Program-made: the position numbers and the translations under genes
Source of the DNA: Sphaerodactylus townsendi
Taxonomy: Eukaryota
NCBI RefSeq assembly: GCF_021028975.2
Contig: NC_059426.1
Location: 72,788,001-72,852,000, forward strand
Length of the DNA stretch: 64,000 nt
Direction of reading: 5' to 3'
The notes under the pieces: model-generated
Databases searched by the model: none
Told to the model about the DNA's origin: nothing
Seen by the model: the letters and a program-made list of their open reading frames with translations, nothing else
Shown here: piece after piece, positions 27,701-40,376 of the stretch
How positions within the stretch are numbered: the stretch's first letter is position 1
Layout of the letters: every line of letters starts with the position of its first letter

Positions 27701-30577
27701 TATCTGGAATAAGATACAACTGGAAAATGTCTAAATGATTACAAAGTTTACAGTGCAATGTATCAGAAACAACATTTTCTTTATGGTTTGGAACACTTTT
27801 TCTCATGTGAAACTATTTTTGTACCATTCTAATTTAATCAGTATATGACTGAAATTCCATGCTAGTGCAGTCAGTTAGTATCAAGATGTCTCTGAGGATT
27901 TTAGTTTTAAATATTCCAAACAGTCTGTCCAGCATCTAGTCTGTCCTCTTTTGACAGTTCAGTTTTTCATCTGCAATGTATTCTTCACCCAGAGACTCTT
28001 GTGTCAACTATTTCACATACATTGAACATTCTTCATCTATACTGGTCATGTATAGTATGGATGCATGTAATGTGTCTTCCAATAAGACCTTAGATATATT
28101 AGATATACAGACATGTGAGCTCCCAAAGGCACCTGGTGGGCCACTGCGAGTAGCAGAGAGCTGGACTAGATGGACTTTGGTCTGATCCAGCTGGCTTGTT
28201 CTTATGTTCTTATTTCTGGTGGACAAAGTTAGGGAGTTCGCCTGGCAGTATTGCCTTTCTGCTTTCCCTGAGTTTCTCATTTTAGTGATTTCTGTTTATC
28301 TTAATTGCTTATAATTATCATTGGAGATTCATAGAAAATAATTAGCTTTGCATTGACTACATACAGTTATAATTTAAGTCATCTATCATGGCTCACCAAT
28401 ATTGTGTTTGTATGTCACTTGATAGTTGAGCACACTAAAAACCCTTAGCTGTATTTCGTTGGTCATTGTCTGCTTTATGTATTATTTACAAATGAAGTCT
28501 TATTTGTACATGTGATTGTACATCTTCTTTCGAGCAAGTTAGATAATTGACTTTTGTTTAAATTTTGATATCTCGACTCTTATTTTCTTTGGAAGTGTAT
28601 TTTCCCGTCTTCCTAACTTTTCCGATAGTTTTGTGAACCAAGTACTTGAAAGGTTGGAAATTATATTTAGAGATTTTGATATATCAGGGAACTAGGAAGT
28701 GAAAAGACGTACAGAAGTTGAATTTCCTTATTATTACCTAAAGATCCATCATGTTTTCAGAACTTTTATCTAAAATAATGGCCTTTTACTCTCCCTTCTC
28801 CCAATAGGGGTTTTGTGTATATTAGGTATCTTTTTAAAAAACAATGACAAGTTCTATCCTCAGTATTTTCCATCTCCTTATTGGGGTTTTAAAACCCCAT
28901 GTCTGGAGAAGCTGGAGTCTGCAGTCCTTGTTGGAGCAATTCTGGGATATGAATACTTCCCTAGACAGTCAAGCAGGAGGATTTAAAAGGATTTTCTGGG
29001 ATCTGTTGTCAGGAGCTAGAATAGGTCTAAGTATTCTGTATAAATCAGCTAATCTGATTAGCCTTTCTGTACTTGCTGAGCTGTTCCCCAGTGCTCCCTC
29101 CCACTCCATGTGGTGTCTAGATGTTTAACCCTTAGGCCAGATTGATAGACTTCCGCTAGAAACATGAGTTTTTACAGGCCATTGGACAAAATGGGTTTGC
29201 TTTTTGAGAAACTATTTCATATAACTTTAAGGAAAGGGTCTTGTAAAAATGCTACATCTGATTTTAATATCAAGCAATTTATGACTTCTTACCTCGCCTG
29301 CACAAATATTATGTTTTAGAATGATAAAAGGAGCTCCAATTTTCGACCGGAAGATTGTGAAACTTACAAAATTTGTGGAAAGTGTTTCTTAACAGACCAG
29401 GTGATCAGGAGCAACAGCCGCAGAAGGCCATTGCGTTCACATCCTACATGTGAGCTCCCAAAGGCACCTGGTGGGCCACTGCGAGTAGCAGAGAGCTGGA
29501 CTAGATGGACTTTGGTCTGATCCAGCTGGCTTGTTCTTATGTTCTTAGGAAAGTAGTACATCAAGATACTGCAATCCCTGTGGATAGGCAGAACTCTTTT
29601 GAGCCTTCTGAAAATGTTGGTACTACCATAAGAATTGATAATGTGAAGATGAATATAATGCCAGGCAGTTGGAAAGTGGCTTTCAAAGTTCTCCAAGCAG
29701 GCTGAAAGCATGGAACTGGTGGGCCCTAATATTCAACTGTCATCTCCTTTTTGAGATGGAGTAGTCTGGATTATTCCCCTTTAAGATGCCATTGTCTTAA
29801 CCCCAGTTGGGCCAGTATATTCAGCTGAAATTGTCACCGAACCCTGTGCCCTTATTTGTTTTCTAGAATGCTGGAACAATTAATCATTACCCTTTCAAGA
29901 CAAGTGTTTGAACATCCAGCTGATTTCAAACTATAGAAGTAAATATTGAGAACAGAGAAATAGGAAGACCTTTGTTTCTGAAGGAGCAGAATTCTTAATA
30001 ACCCAAGAAAAATGACATTTTAAATACCTGGATAGCTGGCTTTGTTGTTTTTATGGTATCTTTTCCCAGTTGTTAAATGTTTCTTTTCTTTTTTTCCACA
30101 GAACATCCGCTGGAAAAACTCCAACTACTTTGTGTGGACAGATGGACTGCAGACTCTCTTTGTGTTCCAAAGACTGGGTAAGAATTAACGGGAATAATTT
30201 TTTTCATGTGCACAAAGTCTCTTGTCATCAGTGAGGATGGCTTCGTCCCCACCCCACTCCATCTGGCCAGACAGGGGATTTTTGCTGGGAGCAGGGAAAT
30301 ACTTTGCTTGCAGACTGCATTGGCATCATCCCAAAAGCTGGGATTCTCTACCTATTCCTCTGAGTAATATGTTTAAGCAAGGGCAAATTTCCCTGAATAT
30401 AGTGAAATCAGTAAGATGGATATGGATGGGAACCTTATTGACTGTTACTTTTCATTTGTTGCAGTGGCTGTGCTCTACTACTACTTTTATAAGAGGACTG
30501 CAGTACACTTGGGAGACCCACGTTTCTACCAGGACTCTCTTTGGCTACGAAAAGAGTTTGCTCAAGTCCATAGCTGA
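24714..30577 (+). CDS. TMEM138: Transmembrane protein 138 (ciliary transition zone), 162 aa, 4 coding exons
   Basis: Exons 24714-24841 ([42 protein letters not shown]), 26898-27069 (IQDIAILFN...[15 protein letters not shown]...HVWIM), 30102-30177 ([25 protein letters not shown]) and 30465-30577 ([36 protein letters not shown]); 489 nt in total; AATAAA at 31099. Confidence 0.97.
26470..26631. mobile_element. Non-autonomous hAT MITE
   Basis: CAG...CTG termini, exact 8-bp TSD cattaacc; related to the 8807-8950 family. Confidence 0.8.
28111..28212 (+). mobile_element. LINE (probably CR1) 3'-end fragment, copy 1
   Basis: Ends in ttcttatgttctta tail; identical to about 29447-29548. Confidence 0.7.
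29405..29548 (+). mobile_element. LINE (probably CR1) 3'-end fragment, copy 2
   Basis: Same tail; about 100 bp identical to copy 1 and extends further 5'. Confidence 0.7.
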
Positions 30578-31280
30578 TTGATGCTTCCTAGTTATCTCAA
30601 GGAGAGGTCAGCCTGCTATGATGTCTCAGAAACCTTATCAGTATCTTACAGCATATCTCTACTCGTCACAAACCCCTATAGTCCCATTCTAAATTTTGTA
30701 CTTCATCTCGTTCCTAAGTCCTATGCACACCAGTGTTTTTGGCTCTTCTGTGGACTCCTTGCTTGCTGTTACAGATTGCTCAGTTTCAAAGCACTCCACT
30801 TTCCTCCTTTCAGCTATGCAAACTGCAGTCTCTGCAGCCTTACTGAGGAATGATCTGCAGTGCCAAATGGTTTTGGCTGAGAACTCTCAACATGAAGAAG
30901 CAATGCTGCAGTTTCCTTCTGGGGACTGTTCCCTCATCCTCCATCCCCCTCCCTCTGACAAGAAGATACCCAGCCTTCATTAGAATCACTGGCTGTTACC
31001 ATCCTAAGCAAAATTACTTATGAAAGGACTGTGCTGTAGCTTGAGACAATTGACTTGGTAGATTCCCCTTTTGTATTGGTGTTTTTTAAATAATGAGAAA
31101 ATAAATCAGCACTTTTCCAGAAAAAAATGTTTTATTTTCTTGTTGGCAAGGGCTATTCTTGTGAGATAGCATTTCCCTATTAACCCCAAATTAGGGAAAT
31201 AGCTTATTTCATTATTAGGGGCTTGAAGATGACGGTATAGGTTAGCTAGCAGAGTCATAGCTGTATAGAAGTAAGGGTAT

Positions 31281-33740
31281 AAAGTGGTCCCAAACTTTTT
31301 CAGGCCACCATCCCCCTGGTTCCATAAACTCATCCTTGGTGCCTGTTAACCTACCCTATAAAAGCATTATTCAGAATAGCAGTTTGCACAACATATTGAG
31401 GAAGAATAGCAGTTTGCACAACATATTGAGGAAGATAATAAAATTCAAAACAGTAACAACTGCACATTTATTCAAAATCAATTAAAACTTTTAAGTTCAA
31501 TTTATTCAACAACACTGATTAACTTGATACCAAGTTTTCAAAATCTGATTTAGCAAGAATCTCAGATACCACATTTAGTAACTAGTTCACTGTTCAGTGA
31601 TGGATAGGCTTGATGAAGTGATATCAGTTTTCCAGTGTCTGGTTTAAAGTCACTAAGCAGGAGTATGAAATCACCATGTTCAGTAATATGGAGTTGGTTT
31701 CTTTGCTTGGTGTTAAATTGGATGACCACAGAAAAACCATTTTTCACCAAAGGTGGTGTTGGAAATGCAATAAGAAGCATCTTAACCACTCTCCATAAAG
31801 CTGGATAGTGATCACAAATGTCCTTGTAACCTAAATTATTATGTCTTAATCTCTAACTTTAGCTCAATGTCATAGTTCAACTAGTTGTTCCTTCACTACC
31901 CAATTTACTAAGTATCTGAAATGGATTGATCACCCAGTCTGGAATTTCGACTGAAAGAAGATCTCCAGATTTCTAAGACATATCTTTATGTAGCTCTGAG
32001 TCAGCTGGACAGATACAGGAGCAAGGGATAGAGCTGCTGGTGAGGAGAATGTTTGCATTGCCTTTTCAAATTGCTGGAGAATTAACTGAAGTACCAGTGT
32101 GAGAGGACAGTGTTGGACGGTGAGTGGGTACTTGCAGCCTACTGGAAAGGGGTTTCTGATTGGTTCTCTGCATTCTTTTGTCTACTTTGTTGCTGAAAGA
32201 GGAAGGTCTGTTTGCCTAGAGATTGCTGGCCCTACTTCTGTTGAGAGGTGGGGAGTTGTAAGCCTTTGAACTGTAATGTTCTCCCGCCAGAGGCACAAGC
32301 CTTTGGCACAAAACAAAAGGGCGAAAGCTAAGGGCGGGTTGGTCTGGGGATTGGGCCCAGAGACTCTATAAGTAGATAATAAGCTTTTATATTGTTGTGA
32401 TATCCTTTGTAGTTTAGGTACACATTTGGTAAGGTTTGTAAGTTTCAAGTTAGAACACAGCAAGGTAATTCTAGGATGAAGGAATTCATGTGAAGGGGAT
32501 TATGAGTGCTCATGGCCCATTTCTAGTTACCTGCAGGGAGTGCACTGTATTGGTTTTCCTTTCTGAGGACAAGATGGGCTTCACTTGTCAACCGTGTAAA
32601 TTGACAGCTTTTAGAGGAGAAGGTCCAGAGATTATTACTATCCATGAGATGAAAGGGAGAATTTCATTAACAGAGGCCCTGCATAAGGATGAGGAGACAG
32701 TCAAAGAGACAACAGCGTGGTTGACTGCTCTAATGAAATTTTTCAGAGTGCTACAGCACTACCCCAAAGGTGTTGAGCAAAATGGCATTCGGTACCATTG
32801 AAACTCAGAAATCAATTTCAGGCCCTTTCAATGGCGGCAGAGACGGAAACACTGCCAGAGGAAGAACCACAAACACAAGAAAGACTGAGGGAGGAGGGCA
32901 GAGGAATACGAAGAAAGGCACTGGAAGGGGAAAAAAGGTGTTTATAGTGCAAATAATTCTGATAACTAAGCAATGTCATGCCTAATCTCTTTGAATTGGT
33001 CACTGAGCAAACTATTTTTCTTTTTTTAAAAAAACCCTCTGCAACAGTGTCAAGACGGTCGTAAAAGCATCTCACACAAGTCACTTTTCAATAGCCAATG
33101 ACCTTCAGTATGAACCAGCATTCACAATTTTCATCATTCTCAACACAGAACTTCCAGAACAGTCGATCACTGACAGCATGGGCTTTAATTTTATTCACTA
33201 CAGTAATAACTGTTATAACTTGTGCAAGGTATCACTAAGGTTTTTCACAATCAGAAGTTGGCAATTAATGGCACAGTGAATGGAAAAGATATCTGGCACT
33301 GCATTTTTCAAGTAAGCAACACACCTGCGATAGCGACCAGTCATTAATAGTGCTCCATCAATACTTGCACAATAAAATGTTAGCAAATAGAATTTTCTTG
33401 TCTTTTTGAAGAACTGCTCAACACAAAATATTGACTCCTCTTTAGTAGCTATTCTAGTTGCATAACAAATAACCACACTTGAGCTAAATGTTTTTCTTTT
33501 ATAAAGCACACATAAGCGAGCAACAAATATTAATTGTATGGCAAAACTGACTCATCCAGCTGTAATGCAAATTCTGTTATCCTTAGTGTGCTGTATTGGT
33601 CACATTTTCAGCATTTCATGGCTGTCTGGTGGTGGATCAGCTGCTCATCAGGCTTTATATGTTACTGCAGCTCTCTGTTTTCTGCCCTTGGACCCAGATG
33701 GCTTGCCTCCTTTTTTTTCTCTTCATCACACCCTCTATGG
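31281..33740 (-). mobile_element. Decayed hAT (Charlie/Buster-type) transposon with transposase remnants, interrupted by a CR1 5' fragment
   Basis: ORF 33213-33509 CASIDGALLMTGRYRRCVAYLKNAVPDIFSIHCAINCQLLIVKNL matches the Buster/Charlie D-G-A and CxxH region; C-terminal remnants (LLIAFPT, VKNGFSVV) at 31562-31789; TIR-like aagtggtcccaaactttt at 31281. Confidence 0.8.
32000..32960 (+). mobile_element. Probable CR1 LINE 5' region (5'UTR plus ORF1 zinc-finger start), degraded
   Basis: VTCRECTVLVFLSEDKMGFTCQPCKL (CxxC...CxxC) resembles the CR1 ORF1 N-terminus; boundaries approximate. Confidence 0.6.
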
Positions 33741-33753
33741 CTCTCTCTCAGGA

Positions 33754-35206
33754 CATGCACGTAGGTGGGGGGGGGGGTCTCGGGTTTGAACCCCCCCATT
33801 CATGTCCGAAGCTCCGCCCACCCGTTTGTGGGTTTTTAAAACATTTTAGTGTTTTGTTTTTGGCCTGCAGGGGGCACATTGTTTGGGCTAGCAGCACCAA
33901 ACTTTCAGGGATTGTTTGGGGGACTCACCTAATGATACCACCCAGGTTTGGTGAGGTTTGGTTCAGGGGGTCCAAAGTTATGGACTCCCAAAGGGGGTGC
34001 CCCCATCCTCCATTGTTTCCAATGGGAGCTAATAGAAGATGGGGGCTACACTTTTGAGGGTCCATAACTTTGGGCCCCCTGAACCAAACTTCACCAAACC
34101 TGGGATATATTATCAGGAGAGTCTCTTACTGATACCACCCAGGTTTTGTGAAGTTTGGTCCAAGGAGTCCAAAGCTATGGATTCCCAAAGGAAGTGCCCC
34201 ATCCTCCATTGTTTTCAATGGGAGCTAATAGGAGATGGGGGCTACACCTTTGAGGGTCCATAACTTTGGACCCCCTGAACCAAACTTCACCAAACCTGGG
34301 TGGTATCATTAGGAGAGACTCCTAAAGATACCCTAAACGTTTGGTGCTTCTAGCTTAACCATTGCACCCCTGACAGCAGGCACCCCCCAAATTTCCCCAG
34401 ATTCTCCTTTTAAATCCACCCCCTTTGGTATGGATTTAAAGGGAGAATCTGAGGTCCTCAGTTTAGAAGAAGAAGAAGAGTTTGGATTTATATCCTCCCT
34501 TTCTCTCCTGTAGGAGACTGAAAGGGGCTTACGATGTCCTTGCCCTTGCTCCCTCACAAGAAACACCCTGTGAGGTGGGTGGGGCTGAGAGAGCTCCAAA
34601 AAGCTGTGACTAGCCCAAGGTCACCCAGCTGGCATGTGTGGGAGTGCACAGGCTAATCTGAATTCCCCAGATAAGTCTTCACAGTTCAAGTGGCAGAGCA
34701 GGGAAACCCGGTTCCTCCAGATTAGAATTCACCTGCTCTTAACCACTACGCCACATTAAAAGTGATGCTGTTTCAGGGTGTGGGATAATCCACCCCAAAA
34801 CAGCATCACTTTCAATGTTGTTTAACTAGGGGCCCCAGATTCTCCCTTTAAGGTGGATTTAAAAAGAGAATTTGGGCTCTCTAGTTTAAACACCATTGAA
34901 AGTGATGCTGTTTGGGGGTGGATTCCAGCATCACAGCAGCTGCGCGGGGGGGGGGGGGGGACGAGCGCAAAACTCAGATTTTGCACCAGGCTCCATTTTC
35001 CCTCTATGCCTCTGCCCAGAGGGGAGGGGCAGGGCAGGGCAGGGAGGGCAGGGCAGGGAAGTCTGCCATCCCCGACCTCGGAGAGCTGCTTTTATAAGCG
35101 CTAGGCCAGGGGCGGGGCTTGGGTAGGCATGGCCATGCCCTAGGAGCAGGTGGGGTGTGGCCCCCCCCGAACCCCCCCCCCTAAAAAATCTATACCTACG
35201 TCCCAG
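33754..35206. mobile_element. 1.45-kb non-autonomous hAT element with internal repeats and a nested SINE
   Basis: Exact 8-bp TSD tctcagga (33746-33753 and 35207-35214); acgtaggt/acctacgt termini; internal direct and inverted repeats (gaaccaaacttcaccaaacctggg); short relative at 50063-50350. Confidence 0.82.
34465..34754 (-). mobile_element. Squam3-like tRNA SINE nested in the hAT element
   Basis: Reverse complement of the 7203-7505 family including the (gaa)n tail. Confidence 0.87.
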
Positions 35207-35343
35207 TCTCAGGAACAAAAGATCTTTCCCCCACAAGTTACAATAGAGGGCTAAATTCATGGTTATACTGGTATAATCTAGAAATATTAATATTGGGTGG
35301 ACTGTAACAAACATAGCTAGTTCATTACCTGTTCACAACATAG

Positions 35344-35533
35344 TTCATAACCAACAGGTTAGATAACAAAAACACAGGAAAATAAATAATGCTCATGACT
35401 ATTATAGTTAGGGATGTACCAGCAAAATTGGCTCTGTTACTTTTCAAGTTTTTGCTGGTACATCCCTAACTATAATAGTCATGAGCATTATTTTTTTTCC
35501 TGTGTTTTTGTTATCTAACCTGTTGGTTATGAA
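35344..35533. repeat. 84-bp-arm inverted repeat (1 mismatch, 22-nt spacer)
   Basis: 35344-35427 is the reverse complement of 35450-35533. Confidence 0.97.
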
Positions 35534-35844
35534 GTATGCTTTTTAGCTATGCCGTGTTCTGGTATCAAACAGAAGCTGTTTTAACCGCCAGCAGGGTCGC
35601 GACTTTCAACAAAATGGGGTCTTGGGACACGTTGAAGAACAAGCGTCTGGGGGCTGGAACCCGTTTTTTTCTTTTTCTTTCAGATGAATGAATAATACAG
35701 CGACTCCACTATGGAATCCCTGTCACTTCAGCGATGGATTGCATATGACTCTAGCACGGATATTAGAGACTCTCTCTATGGTCTCTGGTCCCAGGCCTCC
35801 CTTCCCGGTTGAGCGTTTCCGGAAGAGACTGCACTGCGTGGCGG

Positions 35845-35858
35845 GTTTCCATGGAAAC
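35845..35858. promoter_or_regulatory. Perfect palindromic RFX X-box in the TMEM216 CpG-island promoter/first exon
   Basis: GTTTCCATGGAAAC 5 nt before the ATG; adjacent ETS-like (CGGAAG) and YY1-like (AAGATGGCG) motifs; CpG island at about 35580-36260. Confidence 0.85.
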
Positions 35859-35863
35859 GGAAG

Positions 35864-38800
35864 ATGGCGCCTCGGAGTGAGTAGGGGGGCTTGGAACCAT
35901 AAAGGACCGGTGCGGGGTGGGGAAGCCTGTTGGTGCTGGAAGGTCCTGCAACCGGAGGGTGGGGGGGTGGCCGAGGGCCTTTTAAGCCCGAGGGATGCCC
36001 ACCCCCCACGTCCTGGAGCAAGCTGACTGGGGCTTGGGGGAGGGGCCGTGGCGACTAGTGGCGCAGACTGGACCTAAAATGAACTGGGGAGTCACTGGCG
36101 ACGGAAGGAGCGGAGTAAGCCCAGCGGAGACCTCCTGCTGCCATGCATTTAACCACAGCGCCAGCTGCCTCTTTAGCACCCTTGCGGCAGTTTTGCTTCT
36201 TTTCACCCCCCATCAGCCGCTGTCCTGGAGTCAGAGCCGCGAAGTGTTCGGCCGGTGTGTTCCCTTTCCATAGCTTTGTAGTGATGGAGGAGGGTTTTTA
36301 ACTTTGCGTTAAGAATCGTGTGGTCTTTCAGCTGTGCTAAATTAGTTTGGAGCGTAGGTGAGTGGAGGTTGCCAGATCTGAGGTGTGCGTGGTTTGATGG
36401 ACCTGCTCACTGGTTGTCTGTGATTTTGTCCCCATTGTCCAAACCGATGAGCATATCATACAGCTGACTACCTCTGCGACGATATCTGTTACACAGGTTT
36501 TGCTGGGAAGGGGCTCAGAGAAGCTCATACTTCCCCTAACAATTGCTGTTAACTCCTTAGTGAGGCTTGGTTTCCACTTTGACAAACATAAACCACGTTT
36601 TATCACCTTTAAATGGGTCAGTTTTCTGATAACTGGGCTTTCAGTGCAATATAGCCAGCAAGTCTGTGTTGGGGGACCTGACCTTTTGGAGCCCGCAGAC
36701 TCATTTGGAATTCTGAAACTGCCCGGTGGGCTCAGCAACAAAACAGTTGACACAAAATGACTTCTGCAGGAGAACGACCCAGGCACAAAATGATGGCTGC
36801 CTGTTAACTTAGTACTACAGTGTAGATCAGGGGTGTTGAACTCATTTGTTATGAGGGCTGGATATGACATGTGACTTGCTTGAGCCAGGCCGGGGGTGGG
36901 TGGCACTGGTGGCCTAGACTGGCATCGGTGGGGAAGTGTCTACCTTCATCTGTCAAGCCTGCAATGGGCTCGCCAGCCCTGAATGGCACTGAGTGAAGTG
37001 GTTGATGCTGAGAGGGGCGGCTGCCTGAACTGGCGAGCCCACAGCAAGCTTGCCAGCCCAGATAAGCCCGGGGAGGAGGTTAGGGACAGGAGCACGGGGG
37101 GGGGGGGGCAGAATGGGGACAGAAGCACTTGGCAGCCACCAGAAAAGGTGTTGGTGGTTGCCATGTCCCCACAGGTACCCAAGCTGGGACTCTTGGTGGC
37201 ACAAAGAGAGTACATCCCATAAATGGTCTGGTTGTCTCCCCTAGATCGGCAGCTCTCTTCTACGCCTCTGGAGATTCTGCTGTTCCTCAATGGCTGGTAT
37301 TATGCCACGTATTTCTTGCTGGAGATCTTCATATTTGTCTATAAAGGTGAGTTTTTCTTGGCTGCAGCTGCAGACTGATGGAAAGGGGGCTTGGCGGGAA
37401 GATGTTTATCTTTTGTTTACCTTTTGACATTCTAAAGAAAGTAGAAATTAGTATTTTCTGTCTTATTCCATCCTTAGCTGCTGACTGTTTGAAGATTAAA
37501 GGGCTTTATAGAACTACTGAGTTTATTTAATACAGGACTCTTCTTTTTCAAGAAATGCAGTAGAGATGGACAGCTGCGTCTTTTAATCTTGATGCATGTT
37601 ACTATTTCTGTACACCCTAGGACTGCTGTTGCCGTATCCGTCTGCAAATCTGGCCTTGGACCTGGTTATGCTTTTCCTCTACCTTGGAATTGAAGTTGCT
37701 CGGATATTTTTTGGTGAATATCAAATTATCAGATGCCTCTGGGTGTGGTGTATTAAGCTGTTGGTGAACATCTGTGGTTGCATTTTAGCTGACACACATT
37801 TCCTGACATTCCTTATTCCATGTAGCTCACCAAGCAATCATCCCATACATTCTGCCCTCACCATTAATATATTCATGGGTGTCTTGGTGTTGTTGTTAAG
37901 CAGAGTAGAAATGTAATTGGTTCTTTTTCATTCTAGGTTCTGTTAGTCCTAAGTTTTTGAGTTGGGGAAGATGCCACAGATGAAATAGAGCTGAATGGGT
38001 AGCCATGCATCAGAAATACTTTTGTTGTAGTTTCTGATTTCTTTAGGCCTGATCTGAAGTTTAGCTATCTCTCCTGATCTGGGAAATGGTTAGAATTGCA
38101 GTATGAAAAGTTGCAAAATTCAGTTTCCTGCTCTTAATGGACAATAAATCCAAGCTGCTTCCAGAAAATCAGACTTCCCATCCTGTCTCCAAACAATGTG
38201 GCTTCTTTGCTTTGTATTTCTAAGGAAGGCCTAACGGCTTGACTGATTATGCTATTTGTGACAGGGTCAAAAGGGAACTTGTGTCAACGGAAAGTGCCAC
38301 TCTCCATCAGCTTGGCTCTAACCTTTCCAGCAGCTGTGATGGCAGCCTACTATCTTCTACTGCAGACCTACGCTCTACGCCTTGAGGCCATCCTCAACGC
38401 TATCCTGCTTCTTTTCTATGCGGTCGAGCTGTTTTTGGGAATTCTTACTCTGGCTTCTTTTTCCAGGTACCTTTTTTTTTTTGGTAGTTTAGGAAGTGAA
38501 TTTTCTGTTAATCATTTTTTTAAAAAAATATTACTATTGGCTTTCTGGTTTTCTAAACTGAAAAGCGTGAAAAATATTGGGTTTTTTCACACGCGTTCTG
38601 GGAGAGACCATGTATTGACAGAAGGGCTGAGGTACGTGTTTGAAAAGGATCAAAGAAGAAAATGGTGGAGGGATAGAGGTTTACTATGTGGAAAGGAGAA
38701 AATATCTCCATGGGCTAGGAAATTTAAAGGGGCTGAGACAGTGGAGGAGGAAGAAAGCACCGATATAATTGAAAATAGGGCTTAGGTACGTGTTTGACAA

Positions 38801-38985
38801 GGATACTGTTGAAGGTAATTCCACAAAATCACTGTGTACTAGTCTGCCATTATGTGACTTCTATCTGTGACTGTCGGAGTGTAAATGAGATCATACCTAC
38901 TTTGAGTAAAGAGAGTTGTTTTGTGGTGTAATTGCTTATATTCTTATTTATGTTCATTGTTTTCTGTAGTTTGGACTCCTACTGA
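35864..38985 (+). CDS. TMEM216: Transmembrane protein 216 (MKS-module transition-zone protein), 141 aa, 5 coding exons
   Basis: Exons 35864-35876 (MAPR), 37245-37346 (RQLSSTPLEILLFLNGWYYATYFLLEIFIFVYK), 37621-37713 (LLLPYPSANLALDLVML...RIFF), 38265-38466 (SKGNLCQRKVPL...LQTYALRLEAILN...ASFS) and 38970-38985 (LDSY*); 426 nt in frame; AATAAA at 39523. Confidence 0.97.
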
Positions 38986-39668
38986 ATATCCGGCTGGATG
39001 GTATTGCATGGAAACATGAACTGTCCATATAGATAAGAGGCTGCATGAACCCTCCATTGTCATGGCTGTCTGTGGCTCGATATCATTTCACTGAAAAGGT
39101 GGAAGGTACCATAGCCACTTTTTTGTTTCAGCTAGAGACCACCAGGCAGGCTTTCAAGAAAGAACTGGACCAAGTGCTCGTCACAGACTCAGTATTACCC
39201 TTGCATTCCAGCTAGAGGGTAACAAGTTCTGTTCAGACTTTAGAACTTGGAAATTTAACTCCTGAAAGTTTAGATTATAGCTGCAGCAACCTTGGACTAC
39301 TTTGGTATGATACAGTCTGATGTTGGGTCCAGTGTTTCTATCATGTGTGCAGTTGGGACATCTCTACCCAGTCTTTCCTGTGTGTAACCTCCTGTATCTA
39401 ATCCTTGTAAGGGGATGGGATGATGACAATGAGGGCAGTGAGTTTTATGCACCCTCCTATTCAGTATTATGACTGTGTGTATTAGTGATTTGTGGCACTT
39501 TGTTTTTCTACTGTATCCTTGGAATAAATATTTATTTTTCAACTGTTGTAGCCACCTAAAGTTTTTATGTAGCACAGGGATACTTTCAGAGGCTGAATTG
39601 TTGCGCTTGTATAATACAGGGAAGGGTTAGCATCTGTCACACTGACTGACCCTGTGCTATTTATCTAA

Positions 39669-40101
39669 GGCTGTTTCTGCACAGGCGGAAAACAGCACCC
39701 TAGGGATGGTAAAAACACTGTCCCTGGGGTGCTGTTCGCACAGCAGGGCTGTGCTGGGCCTGCCCAAGTGGCATGAAGATGCCGCTTCCAAACCATGCTC
39801 CCCGAGCAAGGTTTTTCGAAAATGCCATCTTCGCGCCGCCGTTGGCCCCTCCGGTGTGTGCGAGGGACTTACCTTGCCTGCCTGTACAGCTCCAGGGAGC
39901 TGGAAAGGCACGGCCCCGGCGGTCAGAAGGCAGCATGGGCATGTCTTTTCAGCCACCCGGAGCTGCATAGGAAGGCAAGGTAAGTCCCTTGCACACACCC
40001 TGGGCAGCTCTGTGTGGAGCCGCCCCTGCGGGCAGCAGCAGCGTCGGAACTGCCCGCACAGTCCTGATGCTCCTGCTGCCTCTGACCATGCAGAAATGGC
40101 C
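39669..40101. mobile_element. MITE, probably PIF/Harbinger, between the TMEM216 and fascin-like 3' ends
   Basis: TIR ggctgtttctgca/tgcagaaatggcc, 3-bp TAA TSD, internal inverted repeat (gtgtgcgagggacttaccttgcct / aggcaaggtaagtcccttgcacac). Confidence 0.75.
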
Positions 40102-40376
40102 TAACTGTATGAGACTTAAACAGAAGAGAGCCCTGGTTGAGGTCAGGCCCAGCAGTTTGAGTTCTTTCACCACAAATCAGGTTATTTGAGTTGACTGTAT
40201 TTTTGAAAGTTCAGCCATCCAGCCATATGATCAAACAGCAATTGAGAATAAGGAAAAAGCCAGGAAGTAAAAAAGATGTCATTGAAAATATCAGAAACTA
40301 GGCAAAGTGTAACACTAGGGAACATTAGCAAGTGATCTCACACAGAAGTTTATTGATGGAAACATCAGGATGGTGC

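Noticed and set aside
28540-29330. Possible degraded L1 ORF2 (also about 18640-19100)
   Set aside because: Composition is suggestive but I could not recover enough motifs to call it without a repeat search
31374-31434. 30-bp direct repeat (also short doublets near 48353 and 49262) as a CRISPR-like or functional array
   Set aside because: Only two units in eukaryotic TE context; ordinary slippage duplications
36337-36906. 189-aa minus-strand ORF in TMEM216 intron 1
   Set aside because: No recognisable domain or splice context; partly derived from a hAT terminus
38467-38785. In-frame extension of TMEM216 exon 4 (178-aa ORF)
   Set aside because: Intron read-through; the donor at 38467 and terminal exon 38970-38985 give the normal 141-aa protein
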